NCBI GenBank assembly: GCA_965263355.1
Contig: CBDHHL010000056.1
Coordinates: forward strand, 1,728,001-1,792,000
DNA length: 64,000 nucleotides
Direction: 5' to 3'
DNA from: Leptolyngbyaceae cyanobacterium
GTDB taxonomy: Bacteria; Cyanobacteriota; Cyanobacteriia; Phormidesmidales; Phormidesmidaceae
In this document: positions 1-10,130 of the stretch, in pieces
How positions within the stretch are numbered: position 1 is the stretch's first letter
Layout: each line of letters opens with the position of its first letter
The notes under the pieces: model-generated
Seen by the model: only the letters and a program-made list of their open reading frames with translations
What the model was told of the DNA's origin: nothing
Database searches by the model: none
Position numbers and translations under genes: made by a program

Positions 1-482
1 GTGCCAGAAATAACCACTTGACCGGGATTGTTATCATTTGCCAGGACGACTCCTTCGGTCTCTGCTAGCTTAGCGTCCAAATCATCGCGATCAAATCCCA
101 TTAATGCTGCCATGGCACCATCATCAGCCTGAGCCATGAGTTCTGCACGACGCTTGACCAAGCATAAACCTGTAACGAAATCAAATACCCCTGCAGTGTA
201 GAGGGCAGAGTATTCGCCAAGACTATGACCTGCCACCATATCGGGCCTTATACCTTGGTCTTTAAGCGCATCTGCTAATGCACATTCAACAACATAAAGA
301 CAAGGTTGATTGTAAAGGGTATTGGCCAGTTGAGATTCATCGCCTTGGCACTGTTCTAACACTGACCAGCCCAATACTTCATCAGCTACGGCAAATATCT
401 CTTGGGCAACGTCAACCAAGTCGCTGCCCATTCCAACAGACTGGGACCCTTGCCCAGGAAATACCCATATGGTCTTAGTCAT
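1..482 (-). CDS. fabD: Malonyl-CoA:ACP transacylase (5' part; runs off the window start)
   Basis: Own translation MTKTIWVFPGQGSQSVGMG... with the GHSLGEY active-site motif; follows fabH. Not in the ORF track. Confidence 0.95.
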   Translation of the reverse strand, partial: MTKTIWVFPGQGSQSVGMGSDLVDVAQEIFAVADEVLGWSVLEQCQGDESQLANTLYNQPCLYVVECALADALKDQGIRPDMVAGHSLGEYSALYTAGVFDFVTGLCLVKRRAELMAQADDGAMAALMGFDRDDLDAKLAETEGVVLANDNNPGQVVISG

Positions 483-560
483 TGGTCATTAACGTAAACA
501 TAATGCGTCTAATTCTCACTGTCTCAGTAAATGACCAATTAGAAAAGGTCATATTTAAAC

Positions 561-631
561 TGCGTCCAAGCTGAAACCTGTTGACTCTTCATCGGACAAA
601 TTCTAGTTCTGGACGTGAACAAGGTTTAATT
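561..631 (+). repeat. Copy 1 of a ~70-nt structured element (GTCCAAG..AAACC..TGGACGTG..AGGTTTAATT)
   Basis: Aligns with 18988-19060 and with the reverse complement of 25707-25775. Confidence 0.8.
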
Positions 632-652
632 AGGGAATTGCTAGGAGAGAGA

Positions 653-1651
653 TTAGGACCCCCATTCCAACAGCGCTGCCCCCCAGGTTAATCCTGCACC
701 AAACCCAGACACGGCAATTTTGTGACCGGTTTCGATCTTACCTGAGCGGACCCATTCATCTAAGGCAATGGGAATTGATGCAGCAGAGGTATTACCATGC
801 TTGGCCATATTACTGACCACCCGCTCATTTGGTAACTTGAGCCGTTTAGCCACAGCGTCTAAAATACGTTGATTAGCTTGGTGCAAAATTAGCCAATCAA
901 TATCACTAGCTTCTAGCCTAGCGTGAAAGAGAGTTTTTTCTAAGACTTCAGGAACTCGGCTAACGGCAAAGCGATACACTTCCCGCCCATTCATGGTTAT
1001 GGCTGTAAATGTACCTTTTTGGGTGAAAATGCCATCAAGAAGTGGGACTGATTCTTTCACATAGGTTAAGTTCAAGCAACTATTCAGGCTGCCATCACTG
1101 TGCAGTGTAAAGCCCAGTAAATGGTCGCGATCGCAGGCTTGCATGACCACGGCCCCAGCCCCATCACCAAATAGAACACAGGTGGATCGATCTTGCCAAT
1201 CTACCCAGCGACTCAGCAGGTCAGCCCCTATGACCAAAACATTTTGATAAGTGCCGGTGCGAATAAACTGGGCTGCCGTTACGACGCCAAATACAAACCC
1301 GGAACAAGCGGCTGTTAGATCAAATGCAACGGCTCGGGTAGCACCAATGGCAGTTTGCACCTGACAGGCTGTGCCAAATAAATCATCAGGTGTGGAGGTT
1401 GCTAGGAGAATCAGGTCAATATCTTCAGAGGTGATATTTGCCGCTGCGATCGCTTGTACTGCCGCCTGGGTTGCGAGCACTGCAAGCGACTCGTCTGCGT
1501 TCGCCACATGACGCTGACGGATGCCCGTGCGGGTAGAAATCCACTCATCGGACGTATCGACAATGCGGCTAAGCATGTCATTACTTAGCGCCGTCTCAAC
1601 CTGAGCACTACCGCTACCAATAAAGGCCACACCGGCCACACCGTTTACCAT
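653..1651 (-). CDS. fabH: 3-oxoacyl-ACP synthase III
   Basis: AACSGF, HQAN and GNTSAAS motifs. Confidence 0.97.
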   Translation of the reverse strand: MVNGVAGVAFIGSGSAQVETALSNDMLSRIVDTSDEWISTRTGIRQRHVANADESLAVLATQAAVQAIAAANITSEDIDLILLATSTPDDLFGTACQVQTAIGATRAVAFDLTAACSGFVFGVVTAAQFIRTGTYQNVLVIGADLLSRWVDWQDRSTCVLFGDGAGAVVMQACDRDHLLGFTLHSDGSLNSCLNLTYVKESVPLLDGIFTQKGTFTAITMNGREVYRFAVSRVPEVLEKTLFHARLEASDIDWLILHQANQRILDAVAKRLKLPNERVVSNMAKHGNTSAASIPIALDEWVRSGKIETGHKIAVSGFGAGLTWGAALLEWGS

Positions 1652-1657
1652 TGCTTT

Positions 1658-2692
1658 CTAGTCTCCGTTGGTCACTGATGCAGCAACCTTCTGGTACTGC
1701 CCCTGGATATGCCCAATCACACCGTTATCCACAGCCTCTTTAGACAATCGAATCGCGTTAAAAATGGACGGCGCATTAGAGCTGCCGTGACTAATGACAG
1801 CCACACCATTAACCCCTAACAATAGAGCACCGCCATGCTCAGCATGATCGAGACGTTGTTTAATGCGCTTGAGATTGCCTTTAAGAATAAGCACCCCCAG
1901 CTTTCCTAAAATACCGCGTGGCAGCTCCTCTCGGAGAATGTTCATCGCCACTTCACCGATGGCCTCAGCAAACTTCAACAACACATTGCCAACAAAACCA
2001 TCGCAGACAATCACATCAAAGTTACCGGAGAGCACATCTCGACCTTCAGCATTGCCCACAAAGTTGATCACAGTTGACTCGCTCAAGGTCTGATGCACTT
2101 GCACCGCAACATCGTTACCCTTACTGGGCTCTTCACCAATGTTTAGCAAGCCTACCCGTGGATTCTTAGCGCCAAATGCGTATTCAGAATAGACACTCCC
2201 CATCAGCGCAAATTGCTCTAAAAATTTAGGCCGACAGTCAACATTGGCCCCAACATCCAGAATTAAAACAGGCTTACCAGCCACCACCGTTGGAAACACT
2301 GCACCAATAGCAGGTCGGTCAATTCCTTTAATCCGCCCTAAACGTAAAAGAGCAGCTGCCATAGCCGCCCCTGAATGCCCAGCAGATACTACAGCATCAG
2401 CACGGCCCTGCTTCACCATATCCATGGCGACATTAATCGATGCATTTCGCTTTTTTCGCAGAGCACTGAGGGGCTCTTCATGCATTTCAACAGTGCCTTC
2501 AGCTGGCACAATCTCGAGCCGACTTAAACTGTCGGGGTCAGCTACAGAAGACTGAATTTTGTCAGGATCGCCGACAAGCAAGATTTCAACATCTAGCTCT
2601 TCTCTTGCTCTAATAGCTCCAGCAACGATTTCGGCAGGTGCATAATCGCCCCCCATTGCATCAACTGCGATCCGCGCTTGAGTTAAGCCCAT
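1658..2692 (-). CDS. plsX: Phosphate acyltransferase PlsX
   Basis: IAVDAMGGD N-terminus, GIDRPAI, DVGANVD; plsX-fabH-fabD order. Confidence 0.97.
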   Translation of the reverse strand: MGLTQARIAVDAMGGDYAPAEIVAGAIRAREELDVEILLVGDPDKIQSSVADPDSLSRLEIVPAEGTVEMHEEPLSALRKKRNASINVAMDMVKQGRADAVVSAGHSGAAMAAALLRLGRIKGIDRPAIGAVFPTVVAGKPVLILDVGANVDCRPKFLEQFALMGSVYSEYAFGAKNPRVGLLNIGEEPSKGNDVAVQVHQTLSESTVINFVGNAEGRDVLSGNFDVIVCDGFVGNVLLKFAEAIGEVAMNILREELPRGILGKLGVLILKGNLKRIKQRLDHAEHGGALLLGVNGVAVISHGSSNAPSIFNAIRLSKEAVDNGVIGHIQGQYQKVAASVTNGD

Positions 2693-2808
2693 CGAATTGA
2701 ATCTATAGAAACTTTAAGAAATTCTATCAGACTGAAACCGAGTGAAAATTTACAACTGCGGTTTTCTGACAAAAGCTCGATCTAAAGCTTCTAAATAGTT
2801 AGACGTTA

Positions 2809-2848
2809 GCCCACAAAAAATGTATAACCAGATACATTTTTTGTGGGC
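2809..2848. terminator. 17-bp perfect inverted repeat downstream of rpaB
   Basis: GCCCACAAAAAATGTAT-AACCAG-ATACATTTTTTGTGGGC. Confidence 0.6.
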
Positions 2849-2870
2849 AGTCCAGCCATAACAATCTAGG

Positions 2871-3599
2871 CTACTCTTCGCCAGGCTCGACAATCCGTTG
2901 AAAAAGATAGCCAGTGCCTCGGGCCGTCAAAATTAGCTCAGGGTTACTGGGGTCATCCTCTAATTTGGCCCTTAGTCTGGAAATGTGGACATCTACCACC
3001 CGCGTATCAACGTGACGCTCGGGGGTATACCCCCAAACTTCTTGCAAAATTTCAGACCGAGAAAACGGCTCACCTGAGCGACTTACCAGAAGTTCTAGCA
3101 AACTGAATTCCATACCTGTTAGACGAATCCGTTCATCGCCCTTATATACCTGGCGTTTATTGGTATCAATCCGAATATTGTTAATGGTAATGACACCGGA
3201 ACTGGGAATACCTGACGTCCCAGTTTTTTCTACCCGGCGTAGCACCGATCGAATTCTTGCTTCTAACTCTTTAGGGGAGAACGGCTTAACGACATAGTCA
3301 TCAGCGCCCAGCTCAAGACCCGTAATCCGATCAGCGACATCTCCAAGAGCCGTGAGCATAATAATAGGAATATCAGACTCTTTACGTAACTCTTGACATA
3401 CACCATAGCCATCAAGCTTTGGCATCATGACATCTAGCACTACTAAATCTGGAATTTCATGTCTAAAGGTATTCAAGGCTTCTTCACCGTCCGCCGCAGT
3501 CACTACGTCATAACCAATCATCGAAAGACGGGTTTCCAAAATACGACGAATGCTGGCTTCGTCATCGACGACTAAGATTTTCTCTTTTACGCTTTCCAA
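2871..3599 (-). CDS. rpaB: OmpR-family response regulator RpaB (Ycf27)
   Basis: KEKILVVDDEASIRRILETRLSMIGY and WGYTPERHVDTRVVDVHISRLR; TTG start with an AGGAG upstream. Confidence 0.96.
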   Translation of the reverse strand: MESVKEKILVVDDEASIRRILETRLSMIGYDVVTAADGEEALNTFRHEIPDLVVLDVMMPKLDGYGVCQELRKESDIPIIMLTALGDVADRITGLELGADDYVVKPFSPKELEARIRSVLRRVEKTGTSGIPSSGVITINNIRIDTNKRQVYKGDERIRLTGMEFSLLELLVSRSGEPFSRSEILQEVWGYTPERHVDTRVVDVHISRLRAKLEDDPSNPELILTARGTGYLFQRIVEPGEE

Positions 3600-4083
3600 A
3601 GTTTCTTGAACTCCTACATAACGGCGACGGCAGAAGACTTCGTCCGTTGAAGGGAAGAGTTGAGAACTCTAATCCCCTCCTTGAAAAATAAAACAAATTT
3701 ATCAGGCAACTAGCATCTCAAACACAGGCTAAAACCTAGCAGTTCAACGGAACGTATAACTATGCTCCCGAATCAAAGCTTTATTAGAAGTTATTTAAGA
3801 TAACTTACATTGTATTGCGTTTTTCAGCTCATCGCCTTTTATTGCCAAGGTTTTCAACGTTTCTTAAGGTTATTTTGACTATGTCAAAATTTGTAATGTA
3901 TCTTATCGGCATTCTTTGCGTTGGCACGTTTTGCACAGATTTACTTAAAGTTGTTTGTCTGTTGTCAAGGATTTCAGCGGTTACTGCTTTGCTAAAGGCT
4001 ACGGCTTGCTCCACGGTTGGCAAGAATATCAGCTCTAATACTCTTTACCATAGGCATGTAGTGCATATGTTTTATTAATTGCC

Positions 4084-5526
4084 ATGGCTAAAGCTCGCTC
4101 GATCTACATATGCAATGAATGCGGGGCAGAATCGCGGCAGTACTTTGGCAAATGTGCCGTTTGTGGTAGCTGGAATTCATTAGTAGAGGAAGTAGTGGAG
4201 TCTACAGCTACAAATAGTCGTCCAGGCCGTCGCAAAAGCACTGGCAAAGTCACCAATAGTCAGCCACGCCTTGCCAAAACCTTTAGTCAAATTGCGGACC
4301 ACCCTCAAACGCGCATTGGTTCTGGCTATGGTGAACTAGACCGGGTATTAGGGGGAGGGATTGTGCCCGGTTCCCTAGTGTTAGTAGGCGGCGATCCAGG
4401 TATTGGTAAGTCGACATTACTATTGCAAACGGCTAATCAGTTAGCGACTCGGGATACGGTGTTGTATGTGTGCGCAGAAGAATCGGGGCAGCAGGTAAAG
4501 TTGCGATCGCAACGCCTGGGTATTGCAATCAATCACGGAAAGACCTTAGAGAAGGTGGGCAATGCCCAGCCTACGGAATCACTCTATCTTCTGCCTGAAA
4601 CCGATCTGGAGACCATTCTGTCTGAACTTGAGTCGCTGCGGCCTCGGGTAGCCGTAATCGATAGTATTCAGGCACTTTTCTACAATCAACTGACATCAGC
4701 ACCGGGCTCTGTATCACAGGTACGAGAATGTACATCGGCCCTGATGCAGTTGGCTAAACGGGAAAATATTACTCTGTTTATCGTGGGGCATGTAACTAAA
4801 GAAGGGGCTATTGCTGGCCCTAAAGTGCTAGAACATCTGGTGGATACGGTGTTGTACTTTGAGGGAGATCGGTTTGCTAGCCATCGTTTACTCCGGTCGG
4901 TAAAAAATCGTTTTGGGGCTACCCATGAGTTGGGGGTATTTGAAATGGTTTCCCAGGGGTTAGAGGAAGTGCCTAACCCCTCAGCTTTATTTATGGGCAA
5001 TCGCGATGAACAGGTGCCCGGAATTTCTACGATTGTGGCCTGTGAAGGGTCACGCCCCCTTGTCGTCGAGCTACAATCCTTGGTGAGTCCAACGAGTTAT
5101 AGCTCGCCTAGGCGTTCGGCCACTGGCATTGAGTACAATCGCTTGCTACAAATCCTGGCTGTATTAGAAAAGCGAGTGGGGATCCCTCTATCAAAGTTAG
5201 ATGCCTATGTGGCTTCATCCGGTGGCCTCAACGTAGGTGAACCCGCAGCGGATTTGGGGATTGCCATTGCGGTGGCAGCAAGTTTTCGCGATCGCATCGT
5301 TGATCCAGGATTAGTGCTTATTGGCGAAGTCGGTTTAGGCGGCCAGGTTCGACCCGTTTCCCAAATAGAGTTACGGCTAAAGGAAGCTACAAAGCTCGGA
5401 TTTAAGCGCGCATTGGTACCAAAAGGTCAGAAAATTCAAGGGCTGCCCGTGGAGATTACTGAAGTGGGCAGAGTCGTAGATGCTATAGCAACAGCCCTCG
5501 CGTTCCAGTGTGATCCAGATGAGTGA
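4084..5526 (+). CDS. radA: DNA repair protein RadA/Sms
   Basis: CxxC..CxxC zinc finger, GDPGIGKST, KNRFG motif. Confidence 0.97.
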   Translation: MAKARSIYICNECGAESRQYFGKCAVCGSWNSLVEEVVESTATNSRPGRRKSTGKVTNSQPRLAKTFSQIADHPQTRIGSGYGELDRVLGGGIVPGSLVLVGGDPGIGKSTLLLQTANQLATRDTVLYVCAEESGQQVKLRSQRLGIAINHGKTLEKVGNAQPTESLYLLPETDLETILSELESLRPRVAVIDSIQALFYNQLTSAPGSVSQVRECTSALMQLAKRENITLFIVGHVTKEGAIAGPKVLEHLVDTVLYFEGDRFASHRLLRSVKNRFGATHELGVFEMVSQGLEEVPNPSALFMGNRDEQVPGISTIVACEGSRPLVVELQSLVSPTSYSSPRRSATGIEYNRLLQILAVLEKRVGIPLSKLDAYVASSGGLNVGEPAADLGIAIAVAASFRDRIVDPGLVLIGEVGLGGQVRPVSQIELRLKEATKLGFKRALVPKGQKIQGLPVEITEVGRVVDAIATALAFQCDPDE

Positions 5527-5546
5527 ACGATTGAACTTCTGCCCCT

Positions 5547-7001
5547 ATGACAGCTCTATTTTCGGATTTTTTGCAACAGCTTAGCCACCTGTTTAACAGT
5601 CAACTATTCAAACTAGGCAGCACTTCCATCACTCCTAGGCTACTAGTTAGTCTATCCATCTGGCTAACCCTGATCTTCTTCACCATTGGGTTAGTCAAAC
5701 GGTTTCTTAAACGGCATCTCCTCGCAGGCATTGATCCAAATAACCGAGAGGCCATTGCCACATTAGTCAGCTATGCCGTTGGCATCGTTGCCATGTTTAT
5801 TGCCATTCAATACACGGGCATTAACCTCAGTTCTTTAAGCATTATCCTAGGCGGCCTTGGTGTCGGTATTGGTTTTGGGTTGCAACATATTGCTGATGAC
5901 TTTATCAGCGGTCTAATTATGCTGTTTGAGCGCACCCTCAAGGTCAACGACCTGATCGAACTGGATGACTATCGCTTTAAAGGCTTAGTCGGTCGGATTA
6001 TCGAAGTTAACCTCAGATCCACCATCATCCGTACCCTCGACGATGGTGATGTGGTGATTCCCAACAATCAACTGATCAAAAATCGAGTTTTAAATTGGAG
6101 TTATAACACCTCTATCGCTCGACTCAAGATTCCAGTGGGTGTTTCCTACGATAGTGACCCCATTTTGGTAACTGAGCTGCTGCTAAAGTCTGCCTATATG
6201 GAACCAGCTGTATGCAATCAACCGATACCCAAAGCTATGTTTTTGGCCTTTGGGGAAGACGCGCTCCAATTTGAACTCTGGGTTTGGGTAGATGTTAATA
6301 AACGCTTCAATGTGCAAAGCTCACTGCACTTCACCATTGAGTACAATCTCAGACAGCACAATATCGAAATTGCCTTCCCTCAAAGAGACGTATGGATTCG
6401 TAACCTTCCACCCTACGGGGATGGTGAAAGTAAGCCCCCTTTCTTTAATCGACAAATTGCTCTGAAACGTCGGTCCATCATACCTGCCCCAATCACCCTT
6501 AAGGACATGTTGCGACAGGTGAGCTATTTTGCTAACTTTAGCGATTTAGAAATTCGTCAGCTGATTGAAATTGGCTATCGTCAGCGCAGCCGGGCTGGAA
6601 CCACACTATTCCATGAAGGTGATCCTGGCAATTCGTTTTATATTTTGCTGGATGGAAAAATCGATATCTTAGCTGAAAAACTCAACCGCCATCTAGCTAC
6701 CATCGAGGCCGGTCAATTTTTTGGTGAGGTAGCCTTATTGCTAGGTGTGCCTCGTACAGCCATGGCTCGAGTAAAAGAAGATGCGTTGCTATTTGTGATT
6801 AATCAGCCTAGCTTTTCTGATTTACTTAGGCGCTATCCTGAACTCTCCAATCAAGTTTTACAGGCCATGGCCCAGCATCGGGATGAACTATCACAACGTC
6901 AGCATGAAATGCGCTCACTCAATTTAGTTGATTCGAGTGAGGATGATGCAAACCCTGTTATCTGGGCCAGGAAGCGCATAAAAAGAATGTTTGATCTGTA
7001 A
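5547..7001 (+). CDS. MscS-family mechanosensitive channel with C-terminal cyclic-nucleotide-binding domain
   Basis: GLGVGIGFGLQ..DFISG, VVIPN, IAFPQRDV; cNMP motif FFGEVALL..PRTA. Confidence 0.88.
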   Translation: MTALFSDFLQQLSHLFNSQLFKLGSTSITPRLLVSLSIWLTLIFFTIGLVKRFLKRHLLAGIDPNNREAIATLVSYAVGIVAMFIAIQYTGINLSSLSIILGGLGVGIGFGLQHIADDFISGLIMLFERTLKVNDLIELDDYRFKGLVGRIIEVNLRSTIIRTLDDGDVVIPNNQLIKNRVLNWSYNTSIARLKIPVGVSYDSDPILVTELLLKSAYMEPAVCNQPIPKAMFLAFGEDALQFELWVWVDVNKRFNVQSSLHFTIEYNLRQHNIEIAFPQRDVWIRNLPPYGDGESKPPFFNRQIALKRRSIIPAPITLKDMLRQVSYFANFSDLEIRQLIEIGYRQRSRAGTTLFHEGDPGNSFYILLDGKIDILAEKLNRHLATIEAGQFFGEVALLLGVPRTAMARVKEDALLFVINQPSFSDLLRRYPELSNQVLQAMAQHRDELSQRQHEMRSLNLVDSSEDDANPVIWARKRIKRMFDL

Positions 7002-7013
7002 TTGCAAGTGAGT

Positions 7014-7520
7014 TTAGCGACTTAACTTAATTTTTGCGGTCACGTACCATGGCCATTGATAATGCTCAGCAATTAGCCATAGCACAATTCCGGCATGGGC
7101 TAGTAGCGTAATCGTTGTCCAAACAACAGAAAATTGACTCAGACCATCACTATCAATAGGGGGGAACATGTAGTTTGAAACAACGATCAGTAAGGCAGGT
7201 AAACAGGCAATTGCCAAGGCAAAGCTCCAAACTACAACCGTAATGTGACCATCAGGCCGATGGTTCTGTCGCCATTTTACCCCTGTCCAAAACCAAACCA
7301 TAGGCTGGACGCTATCCACAATCTGCAAGGACTGCTTTTCTAAATTAGCCGTAAAAATATGTCGACAGAAATTGCAGGCAAAGGCTTCAGTCAACGTTAT
7401 CAGCGATAACTGTCCATGCCCGCAAACCGGACATGAATAGACGTCGTCATAGTTAAGGGTACGCAGCGAACTGTCAGACGACAGGTTGGAGGTCGACAAA
7501 GAGTGGCGCTGGTAACTCAT
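7014..7520 (-). CDS. Hypothetical protein, CPxC/CxxC zinc ribbon plus 2 TM helices
   Basis: CPVCGHG...CNFCRH and two hydrophobic segments. Confidence 0.75.
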   Translation of the reverse strand: MSYQRHSLSTSNLSSDSSLRTLNYDDVYSCPVCGHGQLSLITLTEAFACNFCRHIFTANLEKQSLQIVDSVQPMVWFWTGVKWRQNHRPDGHITVVVWSFALAIACLPALLIVVSNYMFPPIDSDGLSQFSVVWTTITLLAHAGIVLWLIAEHYQWPWYVTAKIKLSR

Positions 7521-7643
7521 GAAACGTATACGATAGGTAAGCTTTTCCCTAACGTATGCGTTTTCGAGTGTGGGAGAAATGAATAAGCCGTTTTTCTTAA
7601 TACAACGTTGGAAGCTTAGACAATATCGCTTAACACAATACCT

Positions 7644-7892
7644 TTAGTATTTATTGCTGCAGGGGGATGGGGGCAAATTACTTGCAGTTATGGTCTGTAG
7701 GTGCAACAGCAAGGCATCTGCCTCAGCCTGTAGATGTAAAATCTCCACCTGGATATCTGGCTGATACGGGTAGGACTTAAGCTCAGCCCAGTAGATCTTT
7801 TTATTGTTGGATGCTGGTTGAGTCTGATAATTAGAGGCGTTAACGCTCTGTACAGACTCAGAAATTGTCCCGGTTTTAGAAAAAGTTTTCAT
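7644..7892 (-). CDS. Small hypothetical protein
   Basis: ATG ORF with a LHLQAEADALL amphipathic segment. Confidence 0.55.
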   Translation of the reverse strand: MKTFSKTGTISESVQSVNASNYQTQPASNNKKIYWAELKSYPYQPDIQVEILHLQAEADALLLHLQTITASNLPPSPCSNKY

Positions 7893-8209
7893 AATTGTGT
7901 CGCTAGTAATAACTACTCAGCGAAGTAGCATCGGAATTCTAACTCAAAATCTCCCATCGGAACTAAATCAAAAGATACCAATATTTAATCTGTCTCTTGC
8001 TCTTTTCTATCACTGATGTATTTGATATCCCATTGTGCCTTCAGATAATGTACCAAAATCCCTTTTCGAAAAGGCTTTAGACATTCTGATGCACGCTTAT
8101 CCACACCTATAGGCAAATGTCTACGCCCCACAAAACATCACATCTATGTAGGTTTTAGTGTGGCTTGTTTAACTGTCCACTGGTGCCCCTTGCCAATTGC
8201 TAGCAATTC

Positions 8210-8416
8210 ATGGGCGTGACTTTTAACGCCAATAACCCATTAAGCAATCTAATCAATAAGCGCGCGTCCATAAGCCAAATCGTCAGTCTAACGCAAGCCC
8301 TAATCAACTTCAAAGTGAACCAGCACTCAGTAATATTCCTGAGCCTACGACTACGGCTGCAATGTTCGGCATAAGGGGTACTTAGTTTAATCACCCCCCA
8401 TCGTCAGCTTGCTTAA
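8210..8416 (+). pseudogene. Decayed 3' end of a PEP-CTERM sorting-domain gene
   Basis: NIPEPTTTAAMFGI, then after a frameshift GVLSLITPHRQLA*; upstream frames are broken. Confidence 0.5.
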
Positions 8417-8583
8417 CAATATAAAATTCGACTTGAGCCAATGTGTTGCCACCTGAGGAACATCAAAATCTCAGCAGACACGAAATCCTAAGTCGCAAAA
8501 CGCAATCAAGAACAAGTTAAAGTAACTATCCCAGCACTTACCCTACTGTAGTGAGACAGATGCTGGGAAAAACTTTGTTTGGT

Positions 8584-8883
8584 CTATGAATCAGACAAAT
8601 TGTCAGAGTCACCACCCAAGCTCTTAAGGCTATTGGTAATATTCTTCATCAGCTTTTCCAGTGATTCTTTGAGTTCATGCCAGGCGTCTTCAGCTGCATC
8701 TGCGATCCCCTTGAGACTGACATGGGCCTCATCTAGATATTTTTCCAGGTTTTCGATCTCTTCGTGCTGGGCGGCTAATAACACTTCTTCCTTTTCAGTT
8801 TTGAGGGTATCAAGTTGCTCTTTTACAGCCGCAATTTGACGCTCTAACTGTTGAACATACTCAAGTTGTGTACTCATTGCCAA
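8584..8883 (-). CDS. Coiled-coil hypothetical protein
   Basis: Heptad-rich, AAEDAWHELK segment, AGGAG upstream. Confidence 0.75.
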   Translation of the reverse strand: MAMSTQLEYVQQLERQIAAVKEQLDTLKTEKEEVLLAAQHEEIENLEKYLDEAHVSLKGIADAAEDAWHELKESLEKLMKNITNSLKSLGGDSDNLSDS

Positions 8884-8984
8884 AATCTCCTTGCAAAATA
8901 GGAATAAAGCAAACAGTAGATTGTCAAGCTTAGGTATAGGAGTAGAATGGGCGAGTATTGATAAAACCTAGGCCTGACGCTGTT

Positions 8985-10130
8985 CTAGGAAAGTGCCGTA
9001 ATGCCTAGTAAAATGCCAGGAACTACAAAAAACACTGAGATAATGTAAACAAATGCCAGATACTTGCGTTCAGACGCAACCTGAGCAAGGGTTTGAGCAC
9101 CCATAATCGGTAGCTTGCACAGGAAAGGAATGCCATAAATCACAATTACGCCTAAAACGTTGTAGAGCATATGCACCATGGCAATTTCCAAGGCAGGCAC
9201 GGCTTCAGCACCTGAGACAGCGGTAGCAGCTAACAATGCTGTAATGCAGGTACCGATATTAGCGCCTAGGGTAAAGGGATAAATCTGAGCTAAACCAAAG
9301 ACGCCAGCACCTGCCAATGGCACCATCAAACTAGTCGTTGTTGAGGACGACTGAACCAGGATAGTGATCAGCGTGCCAGCGACAATGCCAGCGATGGGAC
9401 CACGGCCAATAGCAACGTGTAAAATATCCTTAGCTTTACCCACCATTAGGGATTTAAGCAGCTTGCCAATAAACGCGATGGTCAAAAAGATCAGACCAAT
9501 GCCTAGCAAAATCAGTAAGATGCCATCAAAAGGTGCAGGCAACACATGAGTAATGTTCTTGAAGATGGTTACCAACGGCTTAGTGGCTGACTTCACAACA
9601 TTGAAGTCTTTGATGCTCACGGAGCCACCACCAACCATGGCATTAGCAATGACTAACCCCATCCTCTCCAAAGGATGAAACAGGATTTCTAGAGGCAAGA
9701 AGATAACAACGCTGAGTAAGTTAAAGAAGTCATGGATGGTCGCTGCCGCAAATGCCTTCTTAAACTCATTCTTATCGCCTACGTGCCCGAGGCTTACCAA
9801 AGTATTAGTGATTGTTGTACCAATGTTGGCCCCCATCACCATAGGAACAGCTGTGGCTACTGGTAAGCCACCAGCTACTAAACCCACAATGATCGAGGTG
9901 ACCGTACTGGATGACTGAATTAGCGCAGTGGCCACTGTGCCAACAATCAATCCCAAAAATGGATTGGTGGCAAACGCAAAGAGTTCTTTAGCTTGATCAC
10001 CTGTGGCTGATTTAAATCCTGCCCCAATCATGCCGACGGCAACAATAAGCAGATAAACCAATAAGACAACGCTAAGCCACTGTATAACTGAATTTTTTTG
10101 AGATTGGCTCTGTTCTGAAACTTGACTCAC
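8985..10130 (-). CDS. nptA: Na+/phosphate cotransporter (NptA/SLC34 family)
   Basis: Duplicated QSSS motifs and GANIGT repeats. Confidence 0.9.
   Translation of the reverse strand: MSQVSEQSQSQKNSVIQWLSVVLLVYLLIVAVGMIGAGFKSATGDQAKELFAFATNPFLGLIVGTVATALIQSSSTVTSIIVGLVAGGLPVATAVPMVMGANIGTTITNTLVSLGHVGDKNEFKKAFAAATIHDFFNLLSVVIFLPLEILFHPLERMGLVIANAMVGGGSVSIKDFNVVKSATKPLVTIFKNITHVLPAPFDGILLILLGIGLIFLTIAFIGKLLKSLMVGKAKDILHVAIGRGPIAGIVAGTLITILVQSSSTTTSLMVPLAGAGVFGLAQIYPFTLGANIGTCITALLAATAVSGAEAVPALEIAMVHMLYNVLGVIVIYGIPFLCKLPIMGAQTLAQVASERKYLAFVYIISVFFVVPGILLGITALS

Noticed and set aside
2821..2836. Perfect NtcA-type TGTA-N8-TACA upstream of plsX
   Set aside because: It is the centre of a 17-bp hairpin that is explained as the rpaB terminator, and there is no TAN3T box about 22 nt downstream.
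3815..4078. ORFs of 87 aa (+) and 64 aa (-) between rpaB and radA
   Set aside because: Overlapping AT-rich frames in a divergent promoter region, with no recognisable motifs.
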